From the human T2T-CHM13v2.0 reference genome, Homo sapiens: 64,000 bases of DNA. A program made the translations under genes and the position numbers. Shown piece by piece: positions 14,840 through 33,040 of the stretch (positions are counted from its first letter, which is position 1; each line of letters opens with the position of its first letter). The notes under the pieces were generated by a model. That model did not search any database. It saw only the letters and a list, made by a program, of their open reading frames with translations, and was not told where the DNA came from. The stretch lies in the NCBI RefSeq assembly GCF_009914755.1, contig NC_060929.1; one strand, 5' to 3'.

Positions 14840-17029
14840 GTATCGATAAAAGATACTTAATAAGTTGGAACAAAAAAGTTGGCTTAGGAATAACATAAAG
14901 TCACCCAGAATATTTCATCCTTAAAGAGATTTAACAAGTATTTCCTGAGCACACCCACCTCCATCTCCTTTTGAAGTAAGAAACACCATTTGCAGTAGAA
15001 TGCTTCATTTCCTGAGCATCTGCTTTGTGCCAGCCACAGCGCTAGACATGGGCATACGGCAGCTTTACTGCTGCTCAGCTCCTGTGTGCCCATCCTCTCT
15101 CCTTGCCCTTCCCCATCCTCATCACTCCCCACGATGACTCGGAATTCACCCTTCACCCACAAGCCTGCCTCCCTTGATAACCTGGTGAAGAGTGATATGG
15201 ACACAGGAGGTAATCAACAAATACTTGTTGAAGGAGTGAACTTGAGGAGAATCCAAATCTTCAGATCCTCAGGCCTTCAGCTCATGACACATAGAGAAAC
15301 AGTCACTGGTCCCCTGGGAAGCAGGGTCCTCCAAAGCTGTCCACAACACCACCTGGAAAGGGGAAGAATTCCTTTCTGGGTGAGCCGCACACCGACTTGC
15401 ACCAGGGGGCAGAGTGAGCAGCACTTTTGGAGTTTGACCTGGAGCCAGGGCCTTTTCAAGGGAGTCCTCCCGGAGTCATTTGAGACCTCCCAGTAAAACA
15501 ATATGTTTTCTGTGCTTCTCAGCACATTCATGTTTCTAGTCAAAGTGCTATTGGGAAATGTTAACTTTTTCTACCCTTGAAGGAACAGTGGCCGCTGAGA
15601 GACGGTGTGACAAAATTGTGCTGAGGGGTCTTCCAGTCTGAAAGGCCAGTTCCAGGAAGCCTACAGTGGGAAGTAAAGGCCAGTTACAGTAATCCCATCA
15701 TTGGGAGGTATTCTTATTTTTATGTACCAAGAAGACAGTATAATATTTAGAGGACAGTAAACCCCAGACCCACACTGTTCCATTAGACTCTTCCTTACTA
15801 GGTCGGAGGCAGCACTCGGGCACTGTAAGCCTAGCTTTATCAAGACATAATTCAGAAATGCAAACGGAAGAAATTTTACTGCAAATGGTATTTCTTACTT
15901 CAAAAGCGAGAACTGTTTTCCCTTTTATGGTATCTTAGATATCCATTTTTTGAAAATGTTTTCCCAGCACATTACAAATTACTTCAGAGTTGGGAAATGC
16001 TCCTGCTAGGAAGAGGCTGAGTGCTCGGAGGGTTGGTCTCGAGTCCCGATCAAAACATTGTTTATTTGGGCAACTACATTCTTCTGTCAGTAAGGCCTGG
16101 GGAGTTTACTATTAATCCCAAATGTAAACCTCTGTTAGAGTTGCTTACAAAAGGCGACTACTATTTAACTCTTATGTTCACAGCACATCTTGTTAATTCC
16201 TCCAATAAAGGAGAACTCAGCTCTTGCGTTTGAAATTTCCAATTTTTGGTTAGGTGACCTTAAACTACTTCACCCCTGATCTCTACTCCCATCTTTATTC
16301 TTTCTCCACTTACGGTGGGACTTCCCTAGAAAACACCTGAGGTTTACCAATTTTAGAGGGGACCGAGGGAGAGGCAGGAAATGGTGCCTGGTGAGAGCAC
16401 GCTCCCTTCCTGTCTCAGAGGGTTGCTGTCTGGACGGGAATTGAAGAAGAATCAGAAATACGTACTGAATTAGGATTGCTAGAGTTAATAAAACAAACGC
16501 ACACGAATTTTTGTGTGGGTCATACTCATGCTCAAAATTTGTCGTTGTCTATCTGATATTCATATGGAACTCAGTGTGCTGTATTTCAGCTGGCAACCCT
16601 TTACTGAATGGATAACCCAGATTTGGACGAAACAGTGGCTGGAAGGTGGAGGCCCTCAAAGTCTCAAAGAGAGAGGTCCTCAAGATTCCTTTTCTAGGGC
16701 ATCCTCTAGTACTCAGGGTAGAAACACAGAGTCTGTGGTGGCCTTGGGGGCAAAGACGAATGTGTCCTCTAAGGCTGGCCCACCATGGGGAGGAATCCGT
16801 GTTGAATGGAGACAAAGAGAGGTGTTAGGAAGCAGCACTGGCGTCCTGCTTCCTCTCCCTATGGGTTCCCTCTGCCTTTCTCCCTCGTCTCTCCCGGAGG
16901 GCTCTCTCCCCTCCACACGCCTCCTCCCCAAGAAACCAACATAAGATAATTCTCTTCACTTTAGTTCTCCTGTGCCTGGGTGTAGATGGGAATAAAGCGA
17001 TGAACCTACGGGGCGAGCGGTGGGCAAAG

Positions 17030-17600
17030 CTTTCTGTGTATTTGCAGCTCAGCAGTCGAGCGTCCACCCCAAGCTGCATAAACTTGGGTGCCCTCGCCTC
17101 CGGCAACCCCGGTGCTTCAGTGCTCCCGACCTTTCTCTGCCGCCCCTCGCCTCGGCGGCCGCCGGGAGCGGCTGTGGGGTGCGCCGGTCGCCCCGGGCCC
17201 GAGCGGGAGGAGAGTCCCGCCCCGCCGCGCCCCGCCTCCGGGCGCCCCGACGCTGCCGGCGCGGACGCCATTGCTGCGGCCGCTGTTTGTTATTAAACTG
17301 CCCAGAGAAAGGGCTTCGAGTAAAAACACCAACTTTCCAGTCGGGGCGGCGCAGGTCCCCGGGCCCTGGAAAGTTCTGGGACGGCCGAGGTCTCCCCGGA
17401 CACCCGCACCCACGCCCCCGTCGTGCCCTTTCTGGCTTTTGGCTTCCTCTCCTCGATTTCCCTTTTGTGCGGCCCCGGGCAGCTTCCTCAGGCCCCGCCG
17501 CCCCCACCTGGCCGCCCTGGGAGCTGTTCCTCCCCCAGCAGCAGGAGCATCCAGCTCGGGTTTTATTACCTCCCGAGACACTCGAGGAAGCCTCAGGTGG
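17030..17600. promoter_or_regulatory. CpG island / probable promoter
   Basis: Very high GC and CpG density outside any repeat; several GC boxes (ccccgcc); NotI site gcggccgc; YY1-like cgccattg; plus-strand donor-like sites cag|gtgggt (17597) and tag|gtaagg (17846). Confidence 0.85.
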
Positions 17601-18179
17601 GTTTCCATGTCAACCTTCACTGAAATCCAAACATTTGGCGTTCTCAAAGGCAGTTTAACCTCTGCCACCATTTTTTTTTCAAAGCTTAAAAAAAAACCTA
17701 GAACTTTCAAAAGCCGCAGGCTTCTGGGGGTTTCTAGTCAGAGGGTGATAACACATCTTGAGACAGGATATGTATAATTTGTTTGGTTTCACGTTTATCC
17801 TCACAAAGCTAAACAGTAATGACTGAGAGCTATGAAAACACTTAGGTAAGGAGAGGGGCTAGAGCAGAGATAAAAGGGATAATTGGAAACAGAGGCGAAG
17901 CCTCCAAGTTGCACCTTGTTGAATACTGTCACAGCCGGGCAGGCCGGGGAGCTCATGGCAGGATGCGGCATCTCTTAATTCTGGGCACTCCGCAGCCTCT
18001 CCTCTTCCAAGGTTTACTTACGCAAGCTTAGCTGCAATTTTCCACAGATACTCGTCCTGGTTCCGGGCCACCTTCCCCAGTAAGAGACCTCCTGAGGCGG
18101 GAGCTGGGGGTTGAACATGTGGTGAACACAGGTTCCAAGCTTTGGAACAGGCCACCTGGAAATGGGAGATAACCTGTTG

Positions 18180-18600
18180 AGATAAGGGATTTACTGAGGC
18201 CAGGGCGCACTGTAGGGAGCGGGGAGCAGAAGGAGTGCGGCTCCACATGTCCAGTCGTGGGATGCAACTGGGAGGTAATATATGAGTCTAGTGAGACCAC
18301 ACGGGGAATACTATGTTCCTCATTGCCTCCCAAGGAAGATGCACATAATGAGCTGGCTGCCTTTCAGAGAAGAGCAATTAGGATGCTTAAGGGGCCACAG
18401 GGAGTGACTTAGGGGGAGAGATTAAAAGAATTAAGTATGTATACCTTGGCTGAGCTCAAAGCACAGGGAATGTGGAAACTCTATAAGCATCCTCCGAATA
18501 TAAACATAAGGAGAAGTGGAATTGTTTCTCATGGTCCCTGAGGGATGGAACTGGAAGTAATAGGGTAGAAGAAAAGAAAACTTAACTACCTGCTAGAGAA
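18180..18600 (+). mobile_element. Possible L3/CR1 fragment
   Basis: Degenerate CR1-like segments 'ggaatactatgttcc' and 'agattaaaagaattaagtatgtataccttgg'. Confidence 0.4.
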
Positions 18601-18829
18601 AGCTGCTGAGCAGTCCCAGATACCAAAAGTGTCAGAGTCACACCTAATATTTTTAGAAATAAAGTCAACAAAGGAAGACACGACATGATAGGAGAAAAAT
18701 ACGTTTAGATAACAGGGACTGGTCTCACAGGGATGCTTTGAAGGGGTAAGAAAATAACACAAGTCAGTTTCTTTTAGGGAGTATCTGAAACCTTTGAAGG
18801 CTGCCTACTAACTAAAGTTTATTACCAGG

Positions 18830-20880
18830 TGTTTTTGCCTGGCATTCAAAGCCCTCTCCATCTGGCCAAGCTTACCCTCCTAAAATAATCTGTCATCAGT
18901 CCCCAACATAAGCACATCTCCTGAGTGCTCCTGGTGTAGTTCCTCCTTTGCGCGTGAAATTCCTCCAACCTGAAATTCCTCTAACCCGAATTTCCTCTCT
19001 CCAATCCCAGTGTCCAGCTATTCAAGTCTTACCCACTTTTTAGGGTCTACTTATATCCTACTTCCCCTGGCTACCCCAATCCATAATGCTCCTGCTGTCT
19101 TCCTCCTCCTAGAACTCATGTTGGTACCTGTCATACATTACTTGCATTGTTAGCTGATGTATTCTGATCTTATCTGGTCTTACAGATTGTGAGCTTCTTA
19201 GAAACTAGAGGGCATGTCCTCTCCCTTCCACTTCCCATCACTTTTTAATTCTCCGTGCTAGCTTTCATAACCATTATGAACCATAATTCACACAATAATA
19301 GGATTCTTTCCTGGTTTCTTCCTCTCTCTTGCTACTTCTTAGTTTTCTCTGATCTTCCTTTGGATGTTGGTGCCCCCAGAGTTCCTCCTCTTTTCTCACT
19401 CTCCATTCTTCCTGGAAGATCACATCCAATCGGGGGCTGCAGTGACCCTGCCAGTGCTGATGATTCCCAAATCTCTGTCCAGCTTGGCTGTTTCTTCTGT
19501 GCATCAGGCCCTTATTGGGCATCTCAAATTGGCCGTCCCATGTGCTCTTCAGCACTCCTATGGTACAAATCTGAACTCACTTTCTCTTTCAAACCATCTC
19601 TTTCTATTCTTGTGTTTCCTGTCTCAGAGAATGGCTCCCACATCCTCCTATTTGCCCAAGCTAGAAATCTAAGTGTCATCCTTGGCTCATTGCTGCCTTT
19701 CCCCCACAATCAGTCAATCACCAAATTCAGTTAATTCTACCACCAGAATATCTGAAGTGCTTTTGTGTCAATTCTATCACCTGAATATCCAGAGTGCTTT
19801 TGTGTCTGCCCGGGACTGCCGGCATCTTCCTACAGCCTTCCTGGTAACAGACCTTACTTCCTTGACCATTGGGGTGACCATGTCCCTTAGACAATGCTCT
19901 TATCTCTCCAAGGGGAGAGGTACTTTGGCCACAGAATTGAGTCCAGACATTAGCACATGATCCGAGCCCAGCCAATCCCAGCATTTCCTGGGAACTTGTA
20001 TTCTGAATCTATTCTGAATCAGAGACAAAATGTCTCCTTTAGTTAGAAGCTGTAGAGATGTGATCTCAGAGCCACCAACAGGCCATGTACCCTACCAGGC
20101 CTGAAAGATGAACAGCAAACTTTCCAAGATGCACAGAGATGAGGGCAAAAGTAGAAAAGGGGTCCTGGCAGCACTCCATTCCCCCATCCATCCCTTGCTG
20201 GCCAGCAGCTCCCTTGTCTTTCTGTGATTCAGTTACTGAAACCAAGAAGTTTCTCATTTTTAATTGAACTTTTTGAGGTGGTTTCTGTCTCCTTGAAACA
20301 ATTCTGATTAATAAATCAAATCTGTCTCATCCAGGCCACTGAAAGCCTTCTAACTGATTTCTGCAAACAACCTCACACCCTTTTATGCCATTCTCTGGTG
20401 CAGCACCATGACCTTTCTAGAACTCAGTCTTATCAAGATACTCCCGACCCAAACACCCAGATTTATTTCCAAGGCTTATGAGGCCCCTCACATCCTCACT
20501 CCTGCTTGCTTCTTTTCCCCATCTCTTGCATTCCCTGCTCTAGTATTCCTGAATGTCCTTCAGGTCCTCAGGGGCAGTGCTCTCTCTCCTTTAGGCCTTT
20601 GTACATAGTGTTCATTCTGCCTAGTTTCTCTTCTCCAGCTAATTGCAACTTGCCCTTAAAGTCAAAGTGGGAATGTTACATTGTCAGAGAGGCTTCCTCT
20701 GACTCCTAATCTGGGTTAGCTATTCTGTATTTCATTGATTACAACACTGCTTTTCACACATCTTAACGTATCTACTTGTGAAATACCTTACCTATCCCCA
20801 CTAGTCTATAAATCCCTAAGAGCAAGTCCATGTCATAGCATCATAGAACTTAATACTTTGCTGGACATAATGAATTAATG
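18830..20880 (+). mobile_element. L2 fragments interrupted by an MLT1-like LTR (about 19880-20310)
   Basis: Pyrimidine-rich L2 body 'gctgatgattcccaaatctctgtccagc' and 'gcccaagctagaaatctaagtgtcatccttggctc'; MLT1-type end 'gtttctgtctccttgaaac...ctgattaata'. Confidence 0.7.
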
Positions 20881-20937
20881 ATACCAGCTACCACCTATTC
20901 TCAAATGTGTATTTCCCCGTTGGGTTCCACATATATA

Positions 20938-21271
20938 CAGGTGTCCTTCTGTATTTGTGGGGGATTGGTTCCACCACCTCCTGTGGATACCAAAATCTTT
21001 AAATGCTCAAGTTTCTAATATAAAATGGTGTACCATTTGAATATAACCCACGTACATCCTCCCATATGCTTTGAATCATCTCTAGATTACTTATAATACC
21101 TAATATAATCTAAATGCTATTTAAGTAGTTGTTATACTGTATTGTTTAGAGAATAATGACAAGGAAAAAAGTCTATACATGTTCAGTACAGATGCAATTT
21201 TTTTCTAATATTTTCAACCTGTGGTTGGTGAATCCAGGGATGTGGAACCTATGGATACAGAGAGCTGATTA
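20938..21271. mobile_element. MER2 (TcMar-Tigger family) DNA transposon fossil
   Basis: 'gtgggggattggttcca...ggataccaaaatc...atcatctctagattacttataatacctaat' matches recalled MER2; TA dinucleotides at both flanks. Confidence 0.88.
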
Positions 21272-21338
21272 TATTTCTGACTGTATCCCAAACTGCTCCT
21301 CTTCCTGTGGTCCTTATCCTCCAAGGAGCACAATCTAG

Positions 21339-21646
<308 letters not shown>

Positions 21647-22364
21647 CTAGAGTTACTTTTTGATGCCTCCTTTCTCTCCTCCAATATCCGTTCGATCAAT
21701 AACATTTGTCAGTTACACTTCTAGTCTCCATCTATGCCAATCCTGTTGGTATAGAAGTGCTAGCCTCCAAACTTGTTACCTTGATGAACTGCCTCTCACT
21801 TTAATCCATTCTGCCCATTCAGCCAGTTATCTTTCTAGAAATGCAAAGCTGACTGCATTCCTTTTCTTAAAGTTCTTAAGTGATATACTCAAGATGGAGT
21901 ACTCTGTAATGATCTGGCCCCAACTGACATTTTCCAGCTCACCTTCTGCCCCTTCTGGACATGCCCTGACCAAGTTACCTCAATGTTGTGTTCCTGATAC
22001 AATATCATGTCATTATCTTCCATACTTTTGTCTCTTTGCATATGTAATTCCTTTTGCATAGAATGTGTTTCCCTTGTCAGCCTGGCTGGCTTAAGACAAT
22101 TGAGATCTAGGAAATTTGCCATAACTTCCTCCGGCAGGTTTGAGGTAGTTTTCTCTTATTTTCCCATACTGGCCAATCTATAGAAATTATGATAATAATG
22201 TATTACATGTATACTATACGCTAGTCCCTCTGAGGCTAATTATTAGTCTATGTAGATTGGCATCTCAGTAAAGAAATTGAGCTGAAGAGAGGTTAAGTGA
22301 CTTCCTGAAGTCTTCATGGTTAATCCCTTTCCAGTGTCAGGTATCAAACCTAGGTCTCATGGCC

Positions 22365-22609
22365 CAATGGTGCGATCTCGGCTCACCTCAACCTCCGCCT
22401 CCCTGGTTCAAGCAATTCTCCTGCCTCAGCCTCCTGAGTAGCTGGGATTACAGGCATGCACTGCCACGCCCAGCTAATTTTGTATTTTTAGTAGAGACAG
22501 GGTTTCTCCATGTTGGTCAGGCTGGTCTCCAACTCCTGACCTCAGGTGATCCACCCGCCTCGGCCTCCCAAAGTGCTGGGATTACAGGCGTGAGCCACCG
22601 TACCCAGCC
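22365..22609 (-). mobile_element. AluS lacking its 3' end and tail, abutting a MIR (about 22270-22360)
   Basis: Alu sequence begins abruptly at 'caatggtgcgatctcggctcac' with no poly(T). Confidence 0.9.
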
Positions 22610-22979
22610 TAATCATCTATGTCTTTTTACCAATTTACCTTCATTCTGGGACACACTCTTAATGAATAGAAAGTCAGGTGGAATCACTGACTGTTGTAAT
22701 TTTAAGTATGCTATTTGTCTAGGCTTTTTTTGTTTACCATATAATGAATCACCTTTATTGAAAATAATACAATTAAGTAAAATCAGATTGTTTCAAGAAG
22801 TTTGGAATACACAGTTTCTATACCTGTGTAAGTCACCCTAATTTGATTTGCAGCAAAATCTTCCTTTAACTTTGCAAGGTCAATTTTATAATGTATAACA
22901 ACAGGCATTGAGGATAAAAATATCATTCTTATCTTTTAATTTTCTTTCTGAATCTAGATTTTAGTTTTTTTCCTCCCCC

Positions 22980-27000
<4,021 letters not shown>

Positions 27001-27145
27001 TCTAGTCTTTTTGATAGCCGAATTCATGGGAATTACATTCAGAATGATGTGACTGCAACAAATTAAGCGCACTTTAAAGGGGAAAAGGAAAGAGTTTACC
27101 AAGTTCTCTTTGGGAGTGCCTAAGGGGTGGTTAATAGGTTAATTG

Positions 27146-27460
<315 letters not shown>

Positions 27461-27680
27461 TTAATTGTTAACAATCTACTGTAGGGCAGTAAGGTAATGG
27501 CTACATAATGGGTGACCCTAGAAGGTTTACAAGGAAAAGTCTGTGGAAGTTACCAGGAACTGTGTGAAGAAGGGTGAGCTAAGGCCTGCTTGCTTATATT
27601 GAGGAAACTGCTCCAGGGACCTTACATTTAAGGACTCTGATTCCTACTTAGCGTAGTCCCTAAGTGTGTTCACTACAGAT

Positions 27681-27724
27681 GCAGGCTGGTCTCTCTGCTG
27701 AGGCAGGCTGGTCTCTCTGCTGAG
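27681..27724. repeat. Perfect 22-bp tandem duplication
   Basis: gcaggctggtctctctgctgag occurs twice in tandem. Confidence 0.95.
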
Positions 27725-28255
27725 GGAAGCCAAAAGGCTCATGAGGCATGGGCCTATTCTCTAGCATACTAGAGAGGATGATGATTTTCTTGGCAGAATG
27801 GAAGAAATCTAGAAAGTCAAAAAAAAAAAAAAAAGAAAAAGAAAAAAGAAAAGATGAAAAAGACATATAAGAAACAATCAACGTAAAGGAATGAATTAAA
27901 TAATATGATCTGGTAGAAAACCATAAGGAAAATAAATTGTGCTTTCATAGTTACTAGTGGCTAGTCAACTAAAAATAACCTTTGCTTCAGTTTGATTTTA
28001 AAGCCTGGAATACTAAAGCTTCCCAGATATCATCACATCAGAAACCTCCTGGCATTTGTTTGGGAAGAGCACAGGGGTAATATTGGCTGATGACTTCCAC
28101 TCTAAAGATTGTGGAATCAACCTTAGCTGTAAGCTCTGGAACTTGTACTTGAGCCTGTTCATGTCTGCTGATTCACATGTATAGAACTAGATAGAGTCAG
28201 AAAAAGTCTGGAACGTATTTCTAATGACAGAGACGGTGGGTAGAAGACAGAATGA

Positions 28256-28565
<310 letters not shown>

Positions 28566-28809
28566 AGGAATCGATTTTTTAAAAAAAACTTTTCTGCTAT
28601 TTTGTGATTCTGACTTTGAAAAGTAAACAAACAGCTTTGCCGGTGATGTCAAAAAGTTGTTGAGTTTCCTGGCTGTGAGCCAGAAATCAAGGGACAGAAT
28701 ATGCCACAAAAAGTCTTGCAAGAATGTATTTGACAGAAGACTCACCAAATAAATCAAAAGGGTTATAAACTGAATTTCAAGGGCAAATCATTTTAATAAA
28801 AGCTAATTT

Positions 28810-28990
28810 TTATTAAGCTCTATGTACACTGACCTCAACATTTTAGATGTATTCACTCATTTAATTTTTACCACTTTATAATATAGGTACTATTATTATC
28901 CTTATTTTATAGATGAGGAAACTGAAGCACAGAAAGGTAAAGTACTTGCTTAAGAAAACAAAGCTCTTAAGAAGTAGAATCAGGATGAAA
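28810..28990. mobile_element. MIR
   Basis: Core 'taggtactattattatccttattttatagatgaggaaactgaagcacaga'. Confidence 0.85.
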
Positions 28991-29011
28991 AATGGACTTT
29001 AAAAGGATCTA

Positions 29012-29446
<435 letters not shown>

Positions 29447-30169
29447 CTAATGGACTGAAGGTAGAGACAAGCATGGCAAACCAATAAAATACTAACTAAA
29501 ATTTTTAGAAATGTAAGCTTATACAGATTTATTGAAAGTACAGTGGCTTTATATGAATAAATGGAATATTATACTGAACTAAGATCATTTGAAAGAGAAG
29601 CTTAAGATAGAATAAGGGTTAGGGAAATAGGACTTGAGTCATGAAGCTATGTACCTGTATGGGAATTCATAAACCTGAGGGCAGAAGCAAGGCAAAGAAC
29701 ATCTGGATGAAAAATAAAAGAATTCAGAAATGGATATGATAATGTCACAGGAGCATATTGCAGACAGCCTGGCCAGGCTGAGCATGTGAGAAATACTTTA
29801 GTTTTAAATAATATTTTCTTAATACAGGTTATTAAACTGATGTAATAGCAATAAAATGTTTTAACCATGTAGACATATCTTAAAAGTATTATTCAACCAA
29901 AAGCAGAACACTTGATAACATTTTGGCCTTTCCTACCTACAATTTCATCTCTTAAAAGAATGAGTAAACAACAGGGAAGCTGCTAGTCTGGACTTAATTT
30001 TGGCCAAGAAGAATTTGGTTGACAGTGGGGAAATGAAGTACAAAAACTTGAAAGAAAGTCATAAAGTCATCTCATTTACTGCGTATAAATGTTTCTTTTA
30101 GACTTTAGGAAATCAAATTTAAATTTGTTATTGATTTCTAATTCTATTGGAGTGTGGTGAGAGGATGGG

Positions 30170-32460
30170 ATAAATGTTATGTCAATTATTTGGCATTTGT
30201 TGATATTTATATTGGGGCTCAGTTTTAAGTATTCCCTTTTTGTCTAAAAAGACTATCTCTATCTTTTGCATGCAGGATTTGATCTATGTCCGTTGACATA
30301 CATTGTGTGGTTTAATGTGTGGTTCAAATCTTCTCTATCCTACTATTTTTAGTCTGTTTGATCTTATCAGTTTCTAAGTGATAAGATTAATATCTTCCCA
30401 ATTTCTCCTTGAATGTCATATTTTGCTTATATGCAGTACTGTTAGATGTGTGTATAGGTTCAGGATTGTTATATTGCCCATAGTGTTATATTACTCATAG
30501 TATTATTGTGTGAAATTTTTATATTTTCATAAAGCAAGTAAATTGTTTATATTCTAATTAAGTAGCTTTTTCATATTATATAGAAGTAAATTGTTTATAT
30601 TATTATTTGAAAGTTTATATTTTATTCATATAATACCTTTTTTCTTTTCTTTTTTTTTTTTTTTTTTTTTTGAGATGGAGTCTTGCTCTGTTGCCCAGGC
30701 TGAAGTGCAGTGGCGCAATCTCCGCTCACTACAAGCTCCGCCTCCTGGGTTCATGCCATTCTCCTGCCTCAGCCTCCGGAGTACCTGGGACTATGGGCAC
30801 CTACCACGACGCCCAGCTAATTTTTTGTATTTTTAGTAGAGACGGGGTTTCAACGTGTTAGCCAGGATGGTCTCAATCTCCTGTCCTTGTGATCTGCCCA
30901 CCTCAGCCTCCCAAAGTGCTGGGATTACAGGTGTGAGCCACCACGCCCAGCCTACCTTTTTTCCTTAAAATCTATGTTTTTCAGATAGAATTAATTCTTG
31001 CTACACTAGCTTTCTTAAATTTAAAATTTCCTGGTACATAGTTTTTCCATTCTTTTATTTTCAAACTTTCTGTGTATTTATGTTTTAATCAGTCTCTTGA
31101 AAACATCAAATAGCTGGATTTTGTTATTATAATAATACAGCCTGAGAATTGCTATCTTTCAACAATTAAATTTAAGCTACTTAGTCTTAGGATTACCAAT
31201 ATATTTGAACTTATTTTTACCATATGATTTTGTTTCATCTTTTTAACGTGCTGTTTCTTTCCTTTGTAACTTCTCTTTTCTTTTCTTTTCTTTCAGATTG
31301 ATACAGATTTGTTTGGTTTTAATTTTTTATTTATTCCTTTTACTGGTTTCGAAGTGATGATCCTTTTATTATTCTTTTAGCGCTTACCTTCAAATTTTAA
31401 ATGGACATTATTGAGGCTTGTCAACGTCTACAAAAGTGTACTGGAATTTTGATTGGGATTATGTTGAATCACTGGATCAATTTTTGGAGAACTGACAACT
31501 CAACAATATTGAGTGTGTAGGTTTATATATGTGATATAGCTCTCCATGTATTTAGATTTTTAGTTTCCCTCCACAATCTTTTATAGTTTTAATTAAACAA
31601 ATTGCACACATATTTTAAAAAATGTATCCCTAGGTATTTTATTTTTGATGCTATTGTAAATGCTATTGGGCTTTTTAAAAAATCGTTTCAATTTTCTGTT
31701 GTTTTTGTTAAATATAAAAATGCAAATAATTTGTGTTCATAGACCTTATATCTGGAAACGTTGCTAAATGTATTTTTTTATTCCATTAGCTCTTTTGCTT
31801 ATTCCTTACTATTTTCTTTGTGGGCAGTCATGTCATCTACAAATAAACAGTTTTACTCCTTTTCAACCTATATAATTTTATTTCTTTTTCTTGCCTTATT
31901 GCACAGGTTAGGACCTCTATTTCTATGTTGAATAAGATTAGGAAAAATGGACACTCTTGTCTTGTTGTTGATATTAAGGGAAAAGCATTCTGTCTTTCAC
32001 CATTAAATATGATGTTAAGTGTAAGGTTTTTTCTCTATTGACTTTATCAGGTTGATAAAGTTCCCTTTTATTCCTTGTTTGCTGAGGGGTTTTCTTTGGT
32101 TGTTGTGTTTTGTTTTGTTTTCTTTAATCGTGGATGGGTATAGAATTTTGTCAGATGCTTTTTCTGCATCTATTGAAATGATCATATGGTTTTTCTTTTT
32201 TAGTTTACTAATATAGTGAATTACACTGATTGGTTTTCAAATATTAAACCAATCTTGCAATCCTGGGATAAACTTCGCTTGATCATAATAATGTTTTATC
32301 CTTTATATATATAGTTAGATCGGATTTGCTACATTTTTTTCTTCATGATTTCTCTGTGTTCCTGAGAAATATTGGTCTTTACTTTGCTTTTCTAGTAATG
32401 TCTTTGTATGATCTAGTATTATAAAATGAGTTAAGAAGTGTTTCATTAAATTTTCCTGTT
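30170..32460 (-). mobile_element. Old L1M fragments (antisense)
   Basis: T-rich antisense ORF2 sequence such as 'gatgctttttctgcatctattgaaatgatcatatggttttt'. Confidence 0.75.
30640..30952 (-). mobile_element. AluY
   Basis: 'caagctccgcctcc', 'gccattctcc' and 'gttagccaggatggtctc'; TSD taccttttttc. Confidence 0.95.
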
Positions 32461-32547
32461 TCTTGATCAACTGAAATGTCTCTTAAGCTTTGAGCCTTAT
32501 GGAAGAGGATCAATTCTGACATGACCAAGTCTGTATTTCCTTCCAAA

Positions 32548-32660
32548 GCCAATAGAGTGTAGCACTGAGGGCCTTTGGGGTGAGGGTCTAGGGTCAGTAG
32601 AACCTCATTAAAACCCTAGACCCTTACCCCAAAAGGCCCTCAGTGTTACACTCTGTTGGC
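32548..32660. repeat. Long inverted repeat (47/48-bp arms, 18-nt loop)
   Basis: 32548-32594 matches the reverse complement of 32613-32660 with 3 transitions and a 1-nt indel. Confidence 0.95.
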
Positions 32661-32914
32661 TGCCAACATAGCAACTTTTAATTACTGCTATATTACATCA
32701 ATTTTTGGTTATTATTATAGTTCATATTTCTTTTTATAGTGGAAGGGGTCTAATCTATGTCAGCTAAATCTGCCATGTTGCCTAAAGTTAAGGAAAGAAG
32801 ATTTCAAAAATGTCAGAGGAAATACAGACAAGATTTCACAGTTAAGGCCAAAGAAGACTATGTATAACTTAAAAAGTATGAGAGGTTATTGAAAATTAAA
32901 TACATAATCAAAGA

Positions 32915-33040
32915 GGCCAGGCACAGTGGCTCATGCCTTTAATTCCAGCTCTTTGGGAGGCCAAGATGGGAGGATCACTTGAGGCTAGGAGTTCAAGAAC
33001 AGTCTGGACAACATAGCAAGACCCCCATCTCTAAAAAAGA
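32915..33040 (+). mobile_element. FLAM / Alu left monomer
   Basis: Single left arm ending 'catagcaagacccccatctctaaaaaa'. Confidence 0.88.

Noticed and set aside
17000-17777. Overlapping 150-230 aa Pro/Arg/Gly/Ala-rich ORFs on both strands
   Set aside because: Expected from stop-codon scarcity in a CpG island; low complexity, no recognisable domain, mostly non-ATG starts.
27815-27862. Isolated A-rich tract
   Set aside because: Simple low-complexity sequence with no attached retrocopy that I can recognise.
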